Assembly (NCBI GenBank): GCA_012026655.1
Contig: JAAILG010001285.1
Span: 1 to 64,000 of the forward strand
Reading direction: 5' to 3'
Length of the DNA: 64,000 nucleotides
DNA from: Hydrolagus affinis
Lineage: Eukaryota
In this document: positions 9,369-21,130 of the stretch, piece after piece
How positions within the stretch are numbered: the stretch's first letter is position 1
Layout: the number at the start of each line of letters is the position of its first letter
Notes under the pieces: model-generated
Told to the model about the DNA's origin: nothing
Seen by the model: the letters and a program-made list of their open reading frames with translations, nothing else
Database searches by the model: none
Program-made: the position numbers and the translations under genes

Positions 9369-12300
9369 CTGCCTAATGACCTCAGTTGACGGCGATGATC
9401 TTGAGCGAACGTGGACGGCCACCGGGCGTTCGGACCGTTCCAGCAGGTTCTCGGCAGATGCAAACTTCCCCGAATTCCTGGCAAAAGAATGTCTATCAAA
9501 CGACGAGAGTTGCTGCTGAGGATCCTGAGTGGGATGGAATGGACTGTGAGCTCTGTCCAGCTCCTGGTGAAACGTTTTGTTCAACATCAGCTCAGAGCAG
9601 TAAATGCGTTCCCTCCGGCCGAGGGAAGCACCGACGCTGGCTTGGTAGCCATCCTCACCAAAGTCGAAGGCCCCGGTCAAGCCTGGAGGCAGCGTGGAGG
9701 AGACCCGGCCCGTGTCGGACAGCCTGTCCACGGTCTGCCGGCTGTACACACTCTGGTCCTGCAGTGAGCTCATACTGGAACAGGATGAGAGGCTCTGAAT
9801 ATCTGAGCGGCTTTGCCCCAAGAACGTGTTCTGCAAGCGCTCCCTGACACTTCCAGTGTCTTGCACAAACGGCCTTTTGCCTGTTTTACGGTGGATGTAA
9901 TCGGCGAGGGCGTTCTGCTGGAATTGTTTCAGCTCGGGCTTGGTGAGGTTGGCCGTCGACATGGCCCTACCATCTCTCTCGAAGAGCCTCCTCTTGTCAG
10001 CGACAGACTTCAGCTCAGCGGGCTCAGGGAATGCAAAGGCCCAGTCCTTCCTGTGCTGGGAGCTGGGAGAGCTTTCGCTGTCAGACATCCCCAGCTGGTT
10101 GATTTTCTCCGGCTCAGAGTACGATCGCTTCTTCTGTTCCGCCGTTAGCCGCTTCCTGCTGCCGATACGCGGCACGTGCTGCGGAACCCCAGCAAACTCT
10201 TTGCCGCCGGCCTCCGGGCTCATGGTCCGCATGTCCATCGTGACAGCGCGAGGCCGATCCTTGGGCGTGCTGAAGACCCTCGCTTGAGACGCCGGCCCCA
10301 CATGTGCTGAGGACGGCCTCTGCTTGTTCTGGTAAGAGGCGATGCCTAGGTCTATCCGTTGGAAAGAGGTGGCCCTCAGCACCTTTTTCTGAGCGTTTTT
10401 CAGGCTGTTTCTGTACGCTCGGTTGAAGGAGTTATCGGGGGGAGAGCCTGACACATCCTGGGGATCATCTCCCCAAAGGAGATCCTTATCATCACCGTCA
10501 TCCACCAGCCGCGCTGAGCTTTTGCTCGTGTGGAGCTGGGCTGCCTTGTTTGTGATGGGAAGCGAGGAGATGGAGGAAGAGATGCTCCTTTGTAAGGGTT
10601 TGGATGCAGATTGCGGTGCGGAGTCCTGGTGCTTGGTATCCTCCAACCTGTTGCCCGTTTCTCTATTCTCACACGTCAAGTGGTGCAGGATGGGTGTCCT
10701 GTCGGCACTGATCAGGCTGGTAATGGGATGGGTGGCCAGCCTCGGTGTCTGCCCCTCTTGCAGGCTGTACCTGTTCCTGGGATCCTCCGCGCTGGTCAGC
10801 GAGTTCCTATTGCTGGAGGACTGGCTGAGCCGACTGTAATCGGGAGCAAGGTGTAAGCTTCGGGGGTTGGGAAGCTTCTCTCCCTCGTGCTCGCGCTGTT
10901 CAATCTTACTGACTGTCTCCAGCACCGAGCAGCGCTTGGACACTTCCGGTTTTCCATACTGGCTGCTGTGTGAGCTCTGCGTGCTGCTGGTGCTGGATCT
11001 CGACCTGCTGAAGTCAGAGCGATGGTTCTGCTCCTCAGCCCTCACCGGTGTATACAGAGACTGGATGACGTCGCCTTGTTTGGGTGACTGTTGCCGTTCA
11101 TAGCTGCTCCAGTGGTCCGCGGGCTGCTCCCTGCTCTCCTGCCCCCATTTTTGCAACAGACGTCCATCACTGTAACTCTCCCACTGACACGATGCTTTGG
11201 CATCCAGGCTGTGCTGCCTGCGATGGAGTGCTTTACCTTCCCCGTTGCTCTGACGGAAATGAGTAGGAACACTGGGTCTGTCTTGGCTATCGCTCCAGCT
11301 CCGAGACGCATGATCTTCCGGCTGGTGTTTCCACTGGGAGCAGTCCCCATCGGGATGTCCTTTTCCTTGCCAGCTCTCTCTGGGCTGAATGGCGAGCGAT
11401 CTGTCACTGCCATCTCTTTTGTGCTGTGCCTGTTGCTGGCGCTCATTGGCTCTACAATAATAGTTGGCTTCGGGTGTGGCAGAGCTCACACCGACAGGAG
11501 TGTTAGGGCAAGACACTAGTCCTGCATCGGGTAGCACTGCAGCTGTGTCATGAAAGCTCTCGGAGTTCGACAAAACATGTGCCCGGTAATGTCCATATTG
11601 TTCCTCTGCACGCTCAGGTGCCATCTCATATCTATGGTTTAAACCAGGTTGTGTGGCCGAAGGCTGGTAATAAACAGAAGGCTTGCTGGTGGTGCTTTGG
11701 TTTTTGTTTTCTACATTGCATGGAGTATGTTTAGTCCTTTCAAATAAACTTGGAGATCCGCATGAACTCTCCTTACCTAGAGCGGGATTCAGGAACCCGT
11801 TGTTGGCACTTTGATGCAAGCAGCTGTTGCGGTTGCCTGGAGCCTGTGCAAATCGCGGCTCAGGCTGTGGCACTGGATACACTCCCGTCGGGAGCATTGG
11901 TTGACCGGGTTGAGGTGTGTGAGGGTAACTGTGCTTAGGCTGAGTTGCTGGGCTGCTCTCGGGACTCTTCTCGAGCACGGTGTTCAGTTGTCCTTCGATG
12001 AAAACAGGCTTCAATGGATGCGCTTGCCCAGGAGAACTCGCGTTCATATGGTAAGGCCACACTCCCTTTGGCTGAGGTCGACCAGTCTTGGCCTGTCCAT
12101 CCAGACTGGACCAGGAGGTAGGTTTCTCATGGCTCCTGATTGCCATGAAACTATCACTGCGAGCTGGTGGTGGAGGGGGAGGTGTTTTACTGTCAATCTC
12201 CAAAGAGCTCCTATTCGGGTTATTCCACACTGGGCCAATACTGTGTCTATTACCAGTGTATGGCCTGTAATAGCTCCTGGCATCAGCTTGGGTTCGACTG

Positions 12301-12711
12301 TCAGAATTTCTCATCACGGTAGGACAGCATACCTCTTGCTCTTCAGATATACCCCTGTGATGGTCGTAGACTGTCTTTACATACTTTATGTCAGCTTGTC
12401 TGATTCCTTCATGTAGACTGTTCCTGGACGGCATGTTTTCCATGGAGTAGGACGGCTCATTGCTCAGGGATGGAGGCGGGTACTCAGGGATACTGGAGCT
12501 TGTAGAAAAAGAGCTATAGGCAGAGTCCCTCTTGCTGTGGTGATGGGAAAGCTGGTCGATGCTGTTGGTAGACTTGGCAGGAGAGAGACTACAGGAGGGG
12601 TAAGGAGGATTAGTATGATCAAGGCTTTCCATACTACCCCTTGAGCTATATTGATCAGGACTCCTCCTCAGATATCCATGTTCATAACCAGATAGGTCAC
12701 TAGTAGAAGAA
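9369..12711 (-). CDS. shroom3: Shroom3 giant exon (exon 5 equivalent) with the ASD1 actin-binding domain
   Basis: Inside ORF 9192..12731. Acceptor ttccttttccacactAG, donor CAG|GTACGT, 3343 bp, phase 2 to 0. SSSTSDLSGYEHGYLRRSPDQYSSRGSMESL and KRDSAYSSFSTSSS identify Shroom3 rather than Shroom2. ASD1 motifs LKNAQKKVLRATSF, RIGSRKRLTAEQKKRSYSEPEKIN and LKQFQQNALADYIHRKTGKRP are present. Confidence 0.98.
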
Positions 12712-12921
12712 CTAGTGTGGAAAAGGAACAAAAAAAATTATATTGAAAATAGGCATTGTTACACAAGTATATTTAAACAAGAATATAGTAAAGAATTGCT
12801 CACAATGGTCAATACCAATCAATAGGTCAAACAGACAAAAAAGAAACTCCCTGGAGGTCTATAAGAATATTTATTACATCATTAAATCAAAATAATTGAT
12901 GACAATTTACTTGTATCCTGT

Positions 12922-13229
12922 TAATAATATAATAATCCTTACATTTGATATAATCCTTTTCACGTCTTCTAAACATCTCAAAGTGCTCCACATAATTCAC
13001 TGTAAAGTTAATTGGCTGTACATTCGTGGACGAAATGTGGCAGCCAATTGTGCACAGCAGTGTCCCACAAAAAGTCGTGGATTAAAGTGGCCAATTTGTT
13101 ATTGTTTTTTTTCTTGAGGGATTATTATCAGGTGTGTGGAGTAAGGAATCTTGTCCAAGGTTTTGCCCTGCTGGGAATCGAACTCAGGACTCTCGTTTGC
13201 AAGGCAAGTGCTCTGACCACTGAGCTACA
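12922..13229 (-). mobile_element. tRNA-derived SINE, short form
   Basis: Reverse complement of the family consensus, with A and B boxes. Confidence 0.92.
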
Positions 13230-13336
13230 TTGGTATTTACCCCTGACCAGAGGTGAGGATTTTAATTCCACAATATTACATACTTGCAGGTGCTTTTAAT
13301 TATCGTCCAGGTTACTCTTCAACACTAATACCGTTT

Positions 13337-13660
13337 TAACTCAGTGGTTAGAGCACTCGCCTCGCAAGCGAGAGGACCTGCGCAGGGCAAAATGTTGGGC
13401 AAGTTTGCTTACTCCACACGCCTGTTTACTTAGCAGTAGGTAGGAACCCGGTTGTTAGCTGATTGCTTCTCTGGAGGTAACAATCTTTTTAAAAATGTGG
13501 TTACTCAATCCACAACTACTTGTGGGACAATGCTATACACAATTGATTGCTGAATTTTGTCCACAAAACATACAGTCAATTCAGTTTATTGTATATTCTG
13601 TGAAATGCTTCGAGATGACTTGAAGATGTGATAAGGCACATATCAAATCCGAGTGTTGTT
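13337..13660 (+). mobile_element. tRNA-derived SINE, long form
   Basis: CTCAGTGGTTAGAGCACTCGCC head and CTGTTTACTTAGCAGTAGGTAGGAACCCGG segment. Confidence 0.9.
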
Positions 13661-14407
13661 ACGTTGTTTGGAACTAAAGTGCTGTTGCAACTTGATGTGC
13701 AACAATAGTTGGTTTAGTTTTGATCCTGTACATATTATTTATTTAAAACATGTATGGAAAATGTTGTGCTTTTCTTTCTGTACTTCCATTTGATTGCAAT
13801 GAGTAGATATTATTTCTAAGTACACAAGATCTTGAGAGAGACTAGGACAAATCAACTTAGTTGATCTCACCTCGGTACTGTATTACAGACTAACAACCCT
13901 GCCATCTTACCATTATGGCATCCAGCCATTTCTCAAATGACCTCATATTTGTTTTACCCCCTCTGCCTATGGGCAGAAGAACGTATATAGCCCACAAATG
14001 TGGAACAAGGTGAAGCAAGACTCCTCCGTGCACTTCCTGAGCACAGGTGTAAACGATTGAATAAGTCAGCTTGCTGGACTGAATGGTTTCTTGTTCTAAC
14101 AAGATGGTCTGGATCACAAAGACCTGCGTGATCACACTAAAGGTACAAAGTCTCTATTCAATGTAGAAATAAAACCCTTACCTCTGGTCAGGGATGGGTG
14201 AATACCAAACTCAACACCATGTAATTAGAAATGCGGTGTTGCTCAGTAGTTACTTTGTAGTGTGGGTGTGTGTGTCTAGGTAAGAATATGACAGTGCAGT
14301 CGGGTTACATAATGTAGCCCTATTTACTCTGTCATGTGCTAAAGCCACTATCACCCATTAGGGGTCCAACACTGGCAACAGTAAAAATACCCCAAGTTAG
14401 AATGTCC

Positions 14408-14780
14408 AAATACAATACAATTTACATTGATATAGAATCTTTCACATCAGGAGAACTTCTCAAACGTATTTCACGGTGTTTGATTGGGCACCCAGGTAGG
14501 GGATGGGATCCGAGGGGAAAGATGACTGAAAGTGCGAAGAGGTACGTTTAGAGACATGTCTTGAAAGAGAGAAGGGAGGGAGTCAGGAGGGATAGAGTTC
14601 TCCAAAGGGAGGCAGAATGGCTAAAAGCCTGCCGATGGTACAGCAGAGGAACATGTGAGGAACATGAAGCCACCAGTGTTTGCTGAGTGAAGGGAATGGC
14701 TGGGATGGTGTAATTGGAGGAGGTGCCAGAGTAGGGAGGAGAGAGACCATGGCGAGATACTGTGAATAGGAGATGTTTCA
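14408..14780 (-). mobile_element. L2-clade LINE 3' fragment, decayed
   Basis: RQAFSHSASLWRTL...SFKTCL plus tail. Confidence 0.75.
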
Positions 14781-15306
14781 CCTTCTTTGGAAATAAATAA
14801 GTTAATGAATGACCTGACCTTTTCAGGAAGATGCATTTAACCACCATTTCCTGCTCCATCAAGCACAAAGCCCAATCATAGAGACCAGAAACATGTCAAA
14901 TTCAATCTCTGGCTTGCGGTGGGTTAGCTGTTCTCAGTCAGGGTTCCAGAAAGAGCTCTTCAACTTGTCTCAGTGCTCCAGGTTGCAGAGGAGGAAATTC
15001 AGCCACGGTTCCCAAAATCCTCCTTCTCAGAAAACGTTTCAATTCTTTTTTCATTCCATTGGGTACAATTTCTACCGCCTCTGCTTCCTCGCCCAGTTGT
15101 TATTATTCATGTGTAAGCCTTTGTCCACAAGTGGCATCACAAACAATACCAGCAACTTGCATTTATATAGTACCCTTCACGTGGGGTAGCATCTCAGAGC
15201 AATTAACAATGACACCAAACAAGTCTAATTGTACTCTCCCTCAATGTGCACAAATGCATGCACATTCCAGCAAATGGGTGGGGGTTATAAGAATGGTATC
15301 TGAATT

Positions 15307-15615
15307 GAAGTCCAGTAGCTTAGTAGTTTAGCATTCGCTTCGTAGGTGAGAGGACCTGGATTCAATTCCCGGTTAAGGTGAAATATTGGGCAAGTTTCCT
15401 TACTCCACACTCCTATGTTTACCTAGCAGTAAGTAGGAACCTGGTTGTTAGTCGATTGTCGGAACACTTTTCTGGGGAAATAATCCCTCCAATATAAATA
15501 AATAAGAATAATTTGGTCATTCAATCCATGACTGTTTGTGGGACACTGCAGTGTGCAATTAGCATTTCACCCACAAAATATACAATCAATCTACTTTAGA
15601 GTACATTCTGTGAAT
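15307..15615 (+). mobile_element. tRNA-derived SINE, long form, tail lost
   Basis: Family head and body motifs. Confidence 0.88.
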
Positions 15616-16001
15616 CTTGTGCTTTTACAATGCTTTCCCTCTTTCAGTGGATATACTTTTCCCAGAAAACTCTGACCCTAAGTTTTCTTCCACCTTCAGG
15701 GCAAAAACATATGACACTTATCGGGAGTGTCATATGTTCAGGCACATTCAGGTTATATTGTGTTCACCTGCATAGTAACTTTCGTAGTGCTTTTCATACA
15801 ACAACAAAAAAAATTACATTCTTTCATGTTGGGAGGACGTCCCAAAACGTTAATAACAATAAAAAATCACCTGGCAAATAAAACCCTCTTTTCTTTATCT
15901 ACATCTTTCACAAGAAGTGAAGATTTTGTTATTGCTAGGGACCAATTTTTATTTAAGAAATACCTTTTCCCCCTCTCCCTCACCCAACAAGCATGCACGT
16001 G

Positions 16002-16036
16002 CACACACACACACACACACACACACATACATACAC
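16002..16036. repeat. (CA)n microsatellite
   Basis: Direct reading. Confidence 0.95.
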
Positions 16037-17291
16037 AGACAGATTTCATTTAGTCCTTCAGGCACTTACACAGAAGCCACACCTTGTTGTTGCTGACAAC
16101 TGTTTCCACTGGAGCTCAGTGGCTTATACCTATGGCCCCCTGAGAGAAGCAAGCGCAAAGGCATGGCATCATCACAGCAGCGGTGGAGAGGGAACCTAGC
16201 AAGCACATTGATGCAAGTCTCTTGCCAAAGCATGCGCAGAGCAGCAGGAAGGGCCCACGCCTGAGCAAACAATGCTTAGCATTTAGGTAATCTGTGAAAA
16301 ATGTTTGCATGCAAAGCAAAACCTCAGACGCACTAGATTGGGCACACGAAAAAATCTAATCAAAATTGAGAAGCCATTTCCCCCTCCCCCAGAGATGGCA
16401 CTTTACCAACTCGGCTGCATGGCTGAAGAATGAAGTCATCTCTCCTGTCCTCACTTAGGTTTCACACGATTGTTCATAACTTTCCTCACAACTTTACAAG
16501 CACAACAGCTGCCTTTTACTTTGCACACGCAATGTTTGAGAGCACAGTAAAGCTTTGTAGTTATGCTGCTACCCATTACTTTGGTCTTTCCAGGTGCTTT
16601 AATTCAACGGAAAGCAACCCATTTGAAAGAAACGTCTTGCTATGACCCAACAAAACTTTCCAAATTAAATTGGATCATATTAAAATATAACATGCGGTTT
16701 ATGTTTAGTAATTCCAATAGAGGGTTATATACATACGTGCTTATATCTATATTTGGAGATATCCCCCCTACCCATTCTGTGTGTTATGCACATGCCTGCA
16801 TTCATGTACCCCTCATCAGTGTGTGGGGATCGGTGCATCTGTGCATGCATCCTGCCGCACTTGTCCATCCGTGTGATGCTCTCATAGCCGAATAACCACT
16901 GACACTGTGTAAGCGCCACTCAGGTGACTAATTCTGTGGAATCAAACCTCAGTGGGAATCACTGTCTTCAGGACTGTAATGAAAAAAGTAAGAGTGCAGT
17001 GGAGGGGGAAATGTATATAAAAAAAACAAGAAACCTAAAAAATGGCAGTTTTGCCCTACCTATATTAAACGGCTGTAAAATAATTGCACTGTTAGCAGTC
17101 ACTTCTGAAATCCAAAACAAGTGTTAACAGATCATTTGCTATTATTTAGACGTCAATCGTTCCTTTTGGTTGCAGGGCAGGAGGAAAACGAGATGTGATG
17201 AGCTGAATGGCCCTCCCTCTGTGTGGAAAGTCTGTGTGTGTGTCTGGGAGACTTGTTTGTGGCTGTGACAATGCCTTGGACTCTGACTGAC

Positions 17292-17423
17292 CTGGAATGG
17301 TAGGGTTGGTGCCAAGGAGTGCTGACCGTGCCCTGAGATATTTGCATCATGCTGGAATCTGGCTGGTGCTCCACTAGTTTTGTAGAATGCCAGGAGTGAG
17401 GCCGGCACGCTTGTTCAGTCCGC
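17292..17423 (-). CDS. shroom3: Shroom3 coding exon (exon 4 equivalent); contains the MMQISQG start used by the PDZ-less short isoform (ATG at 17350)
   Basis: Acceptor tatgttacAG, donor CAG|GTCAGT, 132 bp, phase 2 to 2. Translates RTEQACRPHSWHSTKLVEHQPDSSMMQISQGTVSTPWHQPYHS versus recalled human RSEPAGRPHSWHTTK...QPDASMMQISQGMIGPPWHQSYHS. Confidence 0.97.
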
Positions 17424-17927
17424 CTGTAACATACAGCAAGAGATACAGCCCTTTCAGTAAAACAATTTTACTACAGTATTTTACAATTATTATTGACTGC
17501 GCTCGGCTTGGCTTCACACCCAGCCCATTCTTCCGAAAGCCAACAAAGTGTTTTTCAGTGAAGGTACATTCAACAAAAACCACCACTGCCTGCTGGGGAC
17601 AACTGGAAAATTTGGAGACCAGTGTCCTGGAACAAATGTATTCTTCGGAGCTGAAAATCAGAATGAATAATTTTGAAGCACAGTTGAAAAAGTTCTCCTT
17701 AGCAAAGCATTTCTGCCACCACGCAATGTAAGTGTGGTTTCTGCAGTCATCCATCCCCATGTGTGTTACTCAGCCTCACAAGACCTCTGATACGAGATGA
17801 TCTTGGGCCAGAGCCAATGTTTCACGAGTCAGAGTGACCTACATTCAGACTAAGGCCATAGAGAGGTTTCAGGTCCACAAGCTTCAAGGTCTAACATACA
17901 AACAGTCAGACTCAGATAACAGTACCC

Positions 17928-17976
17928 AGTCCCGAAATGCGTTCCTCTAATCCAGTCTTGAAATGCGTTCCTCTAA
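17928..17976. repeat. Short tandem duplication
   Basis: GAAATGCGTTCCTCTAA occurs twice, 26 bp apart. Confidence 0.9.
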
Positions 17977-18533
17977 CAGTTATTTTCTCTGAATGAGGAG
18001 AGAAGTACAATTGGAAGATGGAGGCAGAAAGAAAATCTGTAGATTTTAAATGAGAATTAAATTTTATAAGAGGTCCACTTTAATCTTTATGGTTGGACTA
18101 TTATTCACCAGATGCAGGTTTCTCTAGTGCTGTGAGATAGGGCATTAACACATTGATACTCAAGTGTGACAGAGCAGATATTTGGTCTGTGATCTCTATA
18201 CAATGAGCTCCTTATGTTACCTTAGGTAAGAAGCTCACAGTGATGGGAACCGCAGAACTGAAGTGAGATGTGCTATCTCCCTTTTGCAATACTTTGCCTA
18301 GATTAAAGACACAAGTCATTTCACAAGTCTCAAGGATAACAAGCAAATATACAAAATTACATTTATATAGCGTTTTCACATCTGGAGGATGTCCCAGGTG
18401 CTGGACAATTAGTATTTGGACCAAATAGTGGATAGGATAGCCAAATAGAGTCATGTTATAATGCGCTGCAATCCATAAAATCCCAGCAAGTGTTAGAATG
18501 GGCATGATCCTTGTTCAACATTTATACATTCAC

Positions 18534-18655
18534 CTGTACACAGTAAGTGACATCGGTGATAACCTGATGACCTGGAAATCAGTCATTTTGGATTGTTTGG
18601 GTAAATAAATGCCTGGGTTCACACCCAAATTGCGCTGTATGTTGACCCATTCCAT
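18534..18655 (-). CDS. Candidate alternative first coding exon of shroom3
   Basis: GGTATGG Kozak-type ATG, 40 open codons, then AG|GTGAAT in phase 2, compatible with the exon at 17423. Non-repetitive sequence. No homology recognised. Confidence 0.3.
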
Positions 18656-18855
18656 ACCGAAGTGCATTATAACAGGGGTTACTGTAATTGATCCAATTAG
18701 AAAATTGCTCTTAATGGTGTGGTTCAGGATATGGTGCCAGTAGCTAATTTTGGACCATTTGTGCGTACCTTCCACTGGCTAGTCCACAGCACATCAAGTG
18801 AAGTGATTCCGGGAATGGTGGCATTTGTGCTAAAAGAGGAGGAGGTGGAATTTGT

Positions 18856-19298
18856 GGAGCCCATAGCAAAGTGGTTAGCGTGCTTGGCTTGCAAGCAAGA
18901 GGACCTTCTCTTTGCTGGACAGAGTGAAACGCTAGGCAAGTTTCCTTACTCTACACACCTCTGTTTACCTAGAGGCAAGTAGGAACCCGGTTGTTAGTTG
19001 ATTGATGGACCGCTTTGCCGTGGATAATAATCTCTTAAAAGAAAGAGAATTACTTTTTTTTTAAATGTTGTCGATATCTACAACTGTTTGAGGGACATTG
19101 CCTTGCGCAATTGGCTGCCCACAAAATGCAGTCAATTAACTTTACATTTACAGTATATTCTGTAAAGTGCTTTGAGATGTCTGGAAGATGTGATAAGGTG
19201 CTTTAAGCACTCTGAGATGCTGTCTGATGTGGAGAATGCTATATAAATCCAAGTTGTTGTTATTGTTGTTGTTGTATCGAATGCAAAAATTATTATTT
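18856..19298 (+). mobile_element. tRNA-derived SINE, long form, with an L2 tail inserted at 19205-19273
   Basis: Family motifs; the SINE tail resumes as TATCGAATGCAAAAATTATT after the (TTG)n end of the insert. Confidence 0.88.
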
Positions 19299-19684
19299 AC
19301 TTTATTATGTTTCATTGCTGGTCAAATTACTGAATTGCCCATCCAGACCACAAAAAAAACATCCTTCTAACCTAAAGTTGCAAAGCAAGATTGTGCTTTT
19401 TAGTGAAATTGTTAAAAATGAATAAAGAATACTGCACTATACGGATAATGAATATTATAATGCAAATGCCTTTAAGGATGGTTGTTTCAAATGATAAATC
19501 GGATCTATATCCACTGTGAAATAACTGCCTCACTGTCTGCTGGGACAAGTGTGCAAAGCTCTGCTGTTGGAAAGGAATGCAATATAGTGTGGAGCAAACC
19601 AATATAAAAAAAACACAAAATATAGGCTGTTAAAGCAAATTCATCCCTGAATATAGATGCACGCATACGTATACTATAAATGAA

Positions 19685-19941
19685 CACTTAGTCCTCTCTT
19701 AATATCGCAGTTGTGTTAGCAAAAAGTGCGACTTTAATCAAAAGGTCATTAAACGAACCCGCACAAGAATACCAGACGTTCAGTGTCTATGTACGCCTAT
19801 GCAATCCGAAGTAGTTCGTTTCCACCCGCGCGAACGACGTAATATTGAATGTCGCAAAGTTAAATGGATATGTGTTCCCCTATGTATCAGTGACATAATA
19901 ACGAACCAATGTTGAATCAATCAACGTTAAGTGAAGTTTAC

Positions 19942-19942
<1 letters not shown>
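19685..19942. mobile_element. Decayed Tigger-like MITE
   Basis: CpG-rich segment with degenerate inverted ends (GTCCTCTCTTAA / CGTTAAGTGAAGTTTAC). Confidence 0.5.

Positions 19943-19991
<49 letters not shown>
19942..19991. repeat. (ATCT)n microsatellite
   Basis: Direct reading. Confidence 0.97.
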
Positions 19992-20719
19992 ATAAATATT
20001 ATATATAAAAACACATTAGACAGTGACGAGTATTTTTAATCACTCACAACAAAAATTAATATTACTACTATATACTGTTTTAAAAATATAAATTCACCAG
20101 ATCCACAGTCGAATAGTTGCCAGCGCTTACTGTCAAAGCTCGCATGTGAAGAAATAACTCAGGCAAGGTAACAAAGGGTGACGTGACATCTGTGAATCCG
20201 TGCCCCCAGTAAAAGAAAATTAAGTCAAACACCGTTAGAAGAAAGCAAAAAATTGGCCAGGAGGGGGAAAAAAGAGATGTGCTGGGTAATCATTTTAGTG
20301 CGTATCAATAAATAATCCACCAAAGAAATGCTGTCAGACCACCTGGGAGAAGGACTGACTGCTTTGTTAGCAGATTTATGCCTCTTGCTTTTTGAAGTTC
20401 TTTTTCCTTTTGTGTGCCAATTTTGTGTCTGGTTTCCAAAGGTGGTAATAAAAATGATTTCCCCGCATAAAGCATTAAGGAGAGTGCGGCCCCTTTGAAG
20501 CTACGGACATGAAGGATTGCTGCGTTGTATCTGTGGTAGTCAGACTCTGAATTTACTGTAGGCTCTGGGCTGCTAGTATCAGGTCTTGACACATTGTCAC
20601 CTCCATCGAAATAAGTCTTCAAATCAACACATAGGGACCTTTATCAGGAACACGCCAATCCCTGGAGGCAGGGGTCAGAATTGCTGAACAATAACTGTAA
20701 TATTACTAACGAACATTTA

Positions 20720-21130
20720 TAGTAACTAAAACCTTGAGGTGTCTCTTAATGCTCTATAGCAATGACTGTTCAGTGTAGTGACTGTTTTGCGGTGAAATTA
20801 GATACATATTAAGTGCACATCAATGTCTCTGAATTTTTTTTTGTTGATAAAAATGGCACCATTTGAAATGAGAAGGGAATTTCTCCCAGTGTCCTGGCCA
20901 ACAGTCCCAGTAGCAGCCCAGAGCCCACACAATTAGCGTGCAATTGTGCTGCCGCATTTGACTACAAATACATTCATCCATTTCATAGAAGATCCCGTGA
21001 GCGCTGTGAGACATGACAAGCCGCCTATACCAAGATTTGGCTGACAGTTTAACATCTCATCTGATGGACAGCACCTCTGACAATGCCTTCCCCCAGTGCT
21101 GCACTGGATGGAGTGTCAGCCTAAACTAAG
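20720..21130 (-). mobile_element. Older DeuSINE remnant
   Basis: TTTAACATCTCATCTGATGGACAGCACCTCTGACAATG...GGAGTGTCAGCCTA. Confidence 0.65.

Noticed and set aside
9334-12416. Many plus-strand and alternate-frame ORFs up to 201 aa
   Set aside because: Shadow ORFs of the GC-rich shroom3 giant exon, with no recognisable protein.
20305-20622. 105-aa minus-strand ORF in unique sequence
   Set aside because: Starts at TTG, has no convincing in-phase splice sites and no recognisable homology.
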